A DNA stretch of 64,000 nucleotides, from positions 295,073-359,072 of the forward strand of contig JBFLYH010000003.1 of the NCBI GenBank assembly GCA_040756875.1, given 5' to 3'. Position numbers and translations under genes: made by a program. Source of the stretch: a candidate division FCPU426 bacterium (GTDB lineage: Bacteria; Oederibacteriota; JAAXVQ01; JAUVAV01). Within the stretch, counting starts at the first letter, position 1, and the number at the start of each line of letters is the position of its first letter. This document shows positions 8,167-15,500 of the stretch, piece after piece. The notes beneath the pieces were generated by a model, which was given only the letters and a program-made list of their open reading frames with translations, searched no databases and was not told where the DNA came from.

Positions 8167-11094
8167 TTAATAACCGGCTATTGACGTTGGTTCCAAACTG
8201 CCCGGCGATTCAAGCAACTCCCGCAGTTCCAAACGGACGGTGTTTCCGGCTGCCGGCTCCAGATCCAGGAGCAGGGCCTGTTGCAGTTGGGTCCCTTCCA
8301 GGTAAAAGAAATATTCAGCAACTCCCTGCCGCGTTGTCTGGCAGAGAAAATGCTCTTCATTATAGCCGTTCTGCCGGTCTTTTGAATAATAAAGCCGGCA
8401 GGCGCCGGTTGCCGACCCCGTCCTGGTCAGGCGGAAAAGGTATTTTCCCGACAGCCCCGGCGGCACCGGCAGCGCCCATTGCGCCCGCCCGTTCCCGGTC
8501 CGCCGCAGCAGTCCGGGCGCGTCCCAGTGCGAAAGGGTTTCCGAACATTGGTAGGTGAAAACCTCCTCCAGAGCGGCCGCGGACAAATTCTCGCAATACT
8601 CCCGGCTCCAGTCCAGGGACAATGCCTGTTCTGCCCCTCCCACCAGTCCGAGTTTCAGCGAGCGAATCAGGTATTTTCCCGCATGGCAAGCCGGGTCCAG
8701 GCGCAAGGGCCGGTCCAAGGCGCCGCGCGCCAGGTTGAAATACATTTCATTCCGGCCCGGCTTGAGGTCCCGGCTGCTGCTGTTTTCCTCGCTGTATCCC
8801 TCGCCGGGTTGGGTCGTAAAAAATAGCTGGGCGCTGGTTTTCCGATCGGATTCCAGCACCAGCCGCAAGACGCCGGCCGTAGTCCCCTGGCCCTGTACCC
8901 GGGGAAGATACAACTGCGGATCTGTGCCGGTGACGGCCAACTCCAGCCCCTCTTCCGTGCAGGTCAACCGCGCTTCCGCGTTGCCTTGAATCCTCGCCAG
9001 CTCTTTTCCGCTCAATTCGTACCAGCTGGTCACGGGATAGATCAACCGCAGCCGATCCGGCGCTCCGGCCTCCCGGCTTTTTCCGCTCCCTCTCAGGTTG
9101 CTGACAGCCAGTTCTTTGATCAAATAGAGCCCGCTCTGGCCTCCCGGATCCAGGCGCAAGCCGCCGCCCAGACTTTCGGGGCTCACCCGAAACCGCAGGC
9201 GATTCATTCCGGGCCGGACATGCCGCCGGAGGCTGCGTTCCTCGGCGAATGCCTGGTCTGAAGCCAGGCGGAAATAAACCTGCGCCCAGGTATCTTCGCT
9301 GGACTCCAGTGCCAGCTCAAGCACCGGCCGGGCGTCCGCCGCCGCGGCCAGGGAAGGCAGCTGCAGGCTGGGGTCCGGGTTGCTGGCGCCGATCCACAAG
9401 CCCCGGGCCAGACTTTGCAATTGAGCGTCTTTGTTCGCCGTCAGCACCGCGTCCATCCCCCCCACGATCCGGCGCTCCGGCCCGGTTTCAGCCAGTATCC
9501 AGAGCCGGCTGGCGTCGGAGGCAGCCGGTACGTCCGCCATTATCGAAGCCGCACCCAATGAAGGCGGCGGATCGATGGCAAACACCTGCGCCGACTGAAG
9601 CAGGATGGTCCCAGGCTGGCACAGCGGGTCAAACCGCATGGGATAGGACAACTGCTTGGCGTTTAGAGGGAAAACCAGGCTGTTCCTGCCGCGCCGGATG
9701 TCTTTAAAAAAGCTCCGGTCCTCGCCGTAGCCCTGGCCGGGGGCCTCCCTATAAAACAACTGCCCCGACGTCGCCACTGAGGAATTGAATTCAATTTGCA
9801 GGATATAGTCCTGGTTCATGGGCAAAGCCGTCCGGGGCAAATAAACCATGGGATCATAGCTCCGGAAATCGCACTTCACTCCCTGCGCGGTTTTTTCAGG
9901 CTGCAAGGTTCGGTTGCTATCCTGATATTTTAAAGTGACCGGATCCAGCTCGCATACGGCCCTAGCGTTGAGCCTGGTGAAAAGCTCGGCCATCGAAGCG
10001 ACCACTTGGCGGTCCCCCACTTCGATAACCATGCGGTCGAAATCCGAAAATTGGCCGGCCAAAAACACGTCCTCGAGCAGCGTATTGTAATGAACAAAGA
10101 CCGCATCCTGAAAATACTCCGCCAAATACCTGCGGTAATTCCCGAGCATGGAATCATAAATGACCAGGCTCTTTCCCGGAATGAACTGTTGCGTATCGCT
10201 GTGATAAACATAATGCACCGGCGCTCGCCACGTCTTTTCGGATTGCAGCCATTCCTGCTTAAGGCAGCGCACATCCCGGCGCCTGAGTTGCAGGGCTGTA
10301 TCCTTTTCGGCCACCGGGCCGATTCCCGACAGCAAGGGCAGATCTCCATAGACGTCGATCCTCCCCCGGGCGGCCACTTCCGAATCCCGCCAGAGGCCGG
10401 GGTGGAGCGCTTCGACCATGGTTTTGAGCATCATCATCCTGCCCTGGTACGTATGATGGGTGTCGAACGTCAAAAAGACCGGTCCCCTGTTCCGGGAGCG
10501 CGCCATTTGATAGGCGCGGGTCAACCCCCAGACGCCTTGCCGTTCGTGATCCGTAAAAAAGTTGTGGATCTGCGTCCGGCGGCGGTGGTAGCGGTCAGCC
10601 AAAGCCCGATCACGGGCCCTGAGTTTTTCGGGATAAATCATATCTTTGTCAGGCGGAATAAAAATGCGCAAACCGGGCTTGAGCCCCGGTTGCCGGCCGA
10701 GAAAATGTTCCATCATCTTCAGCACCCGCCGGGTCTTGGCTTCTTCCCACGGCCGGTAATAGGCGCTGCGGATGAAAAACCATCTGGTCGGGCCCACCAC
10801 AACATCACCGAACAGGCGTTCGTTCAGAAGGTAATAGGCCAGGCGGTTTTTAATAATAATCAGCAGGCCGCGGAAAGGCAGCCGGTCCTGCAGGGCTTGG
10901 TTGACCTCGCTGTAGGTCCGCGTCTTCAACAAATCCCAAACTGTGACGATTCGCGGCCAGCGGGCAAGCTGGCGTTTCTCCACCTTCTGGATGAACCACT
11001 CCTCGTTCGGGTTCCTCCAGGGCTGCCAGCACACCGGTGCAAAAAGCATGGCCAGGCAAAACCCGCCGGCGATATTCAGGAGTGTTTTTTTCAT
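8167..11094 (-). CDS. 975-aa exported AlgJ/AlgX/'DHHW'-like O-acyltransferase partner with four C-terminal repeat modules (copy 2)
   Basis: Paralog of 3689..6589 with the same layout: signal anchor, 'FDTHHT', 'IYDSML'. It has four modules ending 'PMRFDPLCQPG', 'GLRLDPGGQSG', 'PLRLDPACHAG' and 'LLLDLEPAAG'. It starts 2 nt after the stop of MBOAT copy 2. Confidence 0.7.
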   Translation of the reverse strand: MKKTLLNIAGGFCLAMLFAPVCWQPWRNPNEEWFIQKVEKRQLARWPRIVTVWDLLKTRTYSEVNQALQDRLPFRGLLIIIKNRLAYYLLNERLFGDVVVGPTRWFFIRSAYYRPWEEAKTRRVLKMMEHFLGRQPGLKPGLRIFIPPDKDMIYPEKLRARDRALADRYHRRRTQIHNFFTDHERQGVWGLTRAYQMARSRNRGPVFLTFDTHHTYQGRMMMLKTMVEALHPGLWRDSEVAARGRIDVYGDLPLLSGIGPVAEKDTALQLRRRDVRCLKQEWLQSEKTWRAPVHYVYHSDTQQFIPGKSLVIYDSMLGNYRRYLAEYFQDAVFVHYNTLLEDVFLAGQFSDFDRMVIEVGDRQVVASMAELFTRLNARAVCELDPVTLKYQDSNRTLQPEKTAQGVKCDFRSYDPMVYLPRTALPMNQDYILQIEFNSSVATSGQLFYREAPGQGYGEDRSFFKDIRRGRNSLVFPLNAKQLSYPMRFDPLCQPGTILLQSAQVFAIDPPPSLGAASIMADVPAASDASRLWILAETGPERRIVGGMDAVLTANKDAQLQSLARGLWIGASNPDPSLQLPSLAAAADARPVLELALESSEDTWAQVYFRLASDQAFAEERSLRRHVRPGMNRLRFRVSPESLGGGLRLDPGGQSGLYLIKELAVSNLRGSGKSREAGAPDRLRLIYPVTSWYELSGKELARIQGNAEARLTCTEEGLELAVTGTDPQLYLPRVQGQGTTAGVLRLVLESDRKTSAQLFFTTQPGEGYSEENSSSRDLKPGRNEMYFNLARGALDRPLRLDPACHAGKYLIRSLKLGLVGGAEQALSLDWSREYCENLSAAALEEVFTYQCSETLSHWDAPGLLRRTGNGRAQWALPVPPGLSGKYLFRLTRTGSATGACRLYYSKDRQNGYNEEHFLCQTTRQGVAEYFFYLEGTQLQQALLLDLEPAAGNTVRLELRELLESPGSLEPTSIAGY

Positions 11095-11096
11095 GT

Positions 11097-12533
11097 TTAA
11101 AATTTGAAATAAATAAAGGGTTGAAAATCGCTGCTCGCCATCATCAAAACCGCCGCCACCAGACCCAGGGCGGCCACCGATAACCTGAGCCAGGCGGCTG
11201 TCCGGGAGTCGGCATGGTCAAAATAGCTCCCCGAACTCTCGGCCCGCGGCCAAAACACCAGCAGCAATCCGAATCCCAAGGTCACCAGGCTCTGGTTGCT
11301 GATGTTTGCCAGCCAGTAAAAGTGCAAGGGTTCCTGCGGGATGGTGACCAACCCCCGGAAATAGTCCGCTGCGGCGGGAAGGTTCCGGGCCCTGAAAAAC
11401 ACCATGCCCAGCATAATCAGGAAAAAAGCGATCATTCGCTGCAAACCCGGATGCCGGAAATCCTCGGGCAGGCGTTTCCCGGAAATCCGCTCCCAGCACA
11501 TGAAAAAACCGTGATACAGCCCCAGCGCGATGAAGGTCCAGTTGGCGCCGTGCCAAAATCCCATCAGCACGAATACCACCAGCAAATTGAAGTATATTTT
11601 CCAGGAAGAAACCCGCGACCCTCCCAGGGGGATGTACACATAGTCCCGAAACCAGGTCGAAAGCGAAATGTGCCAGCGCCGCCAAAAATCCGTGAAACTG
11701 ACCGCCATATACGGCCGGTTGAAGTTTTCCCGGAAATGAAACCCGAACACCCTCCCCAACCCGATCGCCATGTCCGAATATCCCGAAAAATCGAAATACA
11801 CCTGCAGCGTAAACGCCACCAATCCCAGCCACGCCAGCCCGGCCCCCAGCCCCTGGTCCAGACCGAACGCCTGGTCCGCGATCATCCCGATCGGGTCCGC
11901 GATCACCGCTTTCTTGAACAGCCCCAGCATGAAGCGGACCAGCCCCGAGGCGACGTTGTCCCAGGTGTGTTGCCGCGACTTGACCTGCGGCTCGATCTCG
12001 TCATAGCGCACGATCGGCCCCGCGATCAGCTGCGGAAACATCGACAAGTACATGCCCATGTCCACGGGATTCTTGATGACCCCGACATGCCCCCGGTAGA
12101 CGTCGATGACGTAGCTGAGCGCCTGAAACGTGAAAAAGGAGATGCCGATGGGCAGCAGGATGCCCGGATTCGGAAACGGCCGGACCTGGGGCAGGATCCA
12201 AAAGATCACCTGGTCCAGCTGTTCGACCAGGAAGTTGGCGTATTTGTAATAGCCCAGCAGGGCCAGGTTCATGACGATGGCCAGGGTCAGCCAGGCTTTT
12301 TTCACGGCAGGCTGCTGCTTTCGATCCGCCCGGTTGATCAGCAGGCCAAACATCCAGTTCCCCGCGATCGAAGCCATGAAAACCAAAACGACTTCGCCCG
12401 CGCCCCACATATAGAACAACAGGCTCATGACCAGCAGGACGGTGTTTTTCCACCGGACTGGCCTGAACCCGAAATACAGGAGGAGTATCAGCGGCAAAAA
12501 ATAGAACAGAAAAGTGACGGACGAAAACACCAT
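11097..12533 (-). CDS. MBOAT family O-acyltransferase, 478 aa (copy 2)
   Basis: Same motifs as copy 1. ORF 11097..12560 trimmed to the ATG at 12531-12533 (MVFSSVTFLF), which has GAAGGAG upstream and gives the same length as copy 1. GTG 12560 is an alternative start. Confidence 0.9.
   Translation of the reverse strand: MVFSSVTFLFYFLPLILLLYFGFRPVRWKNTVLLVMSLLFYMWGAGEVVLVFMASIAGNWMFGLLINRADRKQQPAVKKAWLTLAIVMNLALLGYYKYANFLVEQLDQVIFWILPQVRPFPNPGILLPIGISFFTFQALSYVIDVYRGHVGVIKNPVDMGMYLSMFPQLIAGPIVRYDEIEPQVKSRQHTWDNVASGLVRFMLGLFKKAVIADPIGMIADQAFGLDQGLGAGLAWLGLVAFTLQVYFDFSGYSDMAIGLGRVFGFHFRENFNRPYMAVSFTDFWRRWHISLSTWFRDYVYIPLGGSRVSSWKIYFNLLVVFVLMGFWHGANWTFIALGLYHGFFMCWERISGKRLPEDFRHPGLQRMIAFFLIMLGMVFFRARNLPAAADYFRGLVTIPQEPLHFYWLANISNQSLVTLGFGLLLVFWPRAESSGSYFDHADSRTAAWLRLSVAALGLVAAVLMMASSDFQPFIYFKF
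11611..12454. repeat. second copy of the 844-bp identical tract (partner 7106..7949)
   Basis: See 7106..7949. Confidence 0.85.
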
Positions 12534-12567
12534 GAAACGGTCTGCTCCTTCTATTCGCACCCGAACT

Positions 12568-15500
12568 TCAAATCATCAAACCCAGATCACCCAGAAGGTT
12601 CCCGGCGTACTGTTCGAACTGGTACTCGCGCGCAGCCTTGTTCATGGCTGCCTGCACCAATTCCCGGCCTGATCCGGGATCACGCAACAAACGGCAGACT
12701 TCGCCGGACATGGCCTGGATGTCTAGATAAGGGACGACAACGCCGCAGCCTGCAGCCAGCATTTCCGCCGCGCCGCCGCTGCCGGTAAAAGCCGCCACCG
12801 GCACGCCGACCTCCATGGCCGAGAGCACGACATTGGGAAAAGGATCCTCGCGGGAGGTGAGGGCGAAGACATCCGCGGCCGCCAGGTACAGGGCGTCGTC
12901 CTTTTGAAAACCGATAAAATGCACTTTCCGGTCCAGGCCGGTCCGGGCCAGGTCATGCTTCAGCCAGGCCTGGAATTCGGGCTGCAGGCTGCCTGCCCAG
13001 ATGAAATGCACGTTCACATCCGCCAGTTGCCGCAAAACGCTTTGCGCCAGGGCCACGAACAGGTCCGGCCCCTTGCGCAAATCCGCATAAGCGCAGTTCA
13101 AAACGATTTTGCTGTTCGGACCCAGCCCGTGTTTTTGGGCCACTTTCTGGCGGGCCATTTCCCGCTTTTCCCGGTAGCGGTTGGGTTGCAGAATCCCCTG
13201 GGGGCGTATCCGGCATTTGGCCGGCGCCAGGGGATGCCACTCCAAAAAGGCTTTTCGCACGTACTCCGCGGGAAACGCCAACACGTCCGCGGCTTCGGCC
13301 AGCTGCTTCGCCAGCGTTTGATAACCGTAGGTTTGAATCAAAGTGGGCAGCTCGTGCACCAGGCCCAGTACGTTGAATCCCCGCGGTTTCAACCAGGCCG
13401 CCAGATCGCCCGTAACCACCGTGTTGCAGATGACGGAACGGATCCGCTCCGACTGCAACCGTCTGCCGATGGCTTCCAATGCCGCCGGCTCGGAACCCCG
13501 TTGCCGGATTTCGTCCGTTAAGCGGATCACTTTGCCGTACTTGGCGAATTCCGAAAGAAGTTCACCATCCTGTTTGCTGACAATGACCAGCGTGTATTTC
13601 ATTTTTTCCGCCAAGGTCCTGGCCAGGGTCAAGGCGATGAATTGGGCGCCATGACAGTGTCCGTCATGGATCACCAGGCCCAGCCGCTTGGGGCCGGGCT
13701 CTTCCGGGGCCAGCGGCCTGTTTTCAGGCGGCGCCGACTCCACGGCCACAGTAGAAACGGCCGCCGGGCCGGCCTGCTTCTGACCCGCCGGTTTTTCCAA
13801 AACCCGCCTGGTGGCTTCCAGCCAGGCATGGCCGTATTCCAGGTCCGGCTCCAAATGCGCGCCTTCGCCCCATTCATTCCAGGCATTGACGAACAGCATG
13901 GCTTCCGGGTCGTTCCCCACCCCCGGCTTATTGATCAGCCCTTCCAGCCACAACTGGTATCGCTCGGGCGTGGCCTTGTAAAAAACGAGGCCGCGTTCGC
14001 GCCTGCGGGGGGTGTTGTCCCAGCACGTCATGACCCCGCGGTGGTACGTAAAAGCCGGCTCGGGCCGCCGCAACGAATATTCCATTATTTCCCGGTAATC
14101 AGCGATGTGACCGGCAAAACCCGGATCAAGCCCGGGAACGGTGGCGGCGATGTTTTGAGTGGCAAAATGGTTGGGCGGGAATTCCACCAGGGCGTCAAAT
14201 CCCCGGTCGCGGGGATCGCCGAAGCCGACGGTTTCCACTGCGCACAGGTGCAGGCCCGGCAACCCGGCTTGCACGCATGCTTCGCGCCAGGCGCGGGCGG
14301 TCCGCTTCGGGTCGTGCATCCGGTCCGTCCGGTAAACCAGCAGCACGGGCCGGCCTTGGTAACGGATATACCGGGGATCCCGGAAAAGCGGCAGCAGTTC
14401 GTGAATGAAATCCAGATCAGACTCCAGCGTATGTTCCTGCGAAATGAGGACATCCTGGTCCTGGCCGTCCCAATTTCGCGTCCAGTTCTCGTTGGCCCAG
14501 CACACGCAGAAGGGAAAATCCGGTTCACCCGCAGCCACCACTTCCTGCAGCGGCTGCTCCAGCAGGCGCCGGCCGTTGAACCAGTAGTAATAATAGCAGA
14601 AGCCGTGAATGCCGTACGCCCTGGCCAGGGCGGCCTGTTGTTCGCGGACTTCCGGCACGCGCAAATCGTAAAAGCCCAGATCCGCGGGAAGATGCGGCTG
14701 GTAGTGGCCGGAAAAAAGCGGCCGGGCCTGGGCCACGTATTCCCATTCCGTGAACCCGGGCCCCCACCAAGCGTCGTTCTCCGGAATGGGATGGTATTGC
14801 GGAAGATAGAACGCGATCAGGCGCGGCCGAAGCGGGTCTGCTGCCAAGGGCTGCGGCCGCTCATGGACCGGCCTCCGCAGCGAATCGCGCTTGCGGACGG
14901 GCACTTCGCCGGTCGTCGGGGAGGGGCCGGCATCCGGATAGGTCTGCGGACTCTCGGCTCCGGCCACGGCCTTCGGCAACCGGCCTTCCTGGCGGCCGTA
15001 AAGCCAAAAGTGGCGGAAAGGCGCAATCCCGGCCTGGATGACGTCCGGATACTGTTCCATGTAGAAAAGCGAATCAAACTCCGGCCCCGGATCCCTGCCT
15101 TCCGCTTCGCCGTATCTCAGGAAATGGACCAGGGGATTCATGCCCGAAAGCGCGGCGTCCGGATTCCTCCGCAAATAATCATCCCCGTCGAAATAGGGGT
15201 TGGGCCGCTTGTGCTCCCCGGCGCCTTGGCGCAGGTAGTGGCCGATGGGATCGTTGAGGCCGGCTGCTTGAGCCGGGTATTGGCTGAGATAAAACGCTTC
15301 ATCGAACAACCCGCTTTCCCGGATCATCGCCGCCACGGCCGGCCTGGACCGCCAGGTCCGCCAGAAGGCGGCTTGGCCCAGCCACGAGTTCAGTTTGCGT
15401 GCCAGTGTTTGCCTGACCGCCCTGGGAATGTGTTGCAGGCGAGTGGCGGCAAACCGCGCGGCCTGCAGTTGTTGCATGCCCCGGCGCATCAGCTCCCGCA

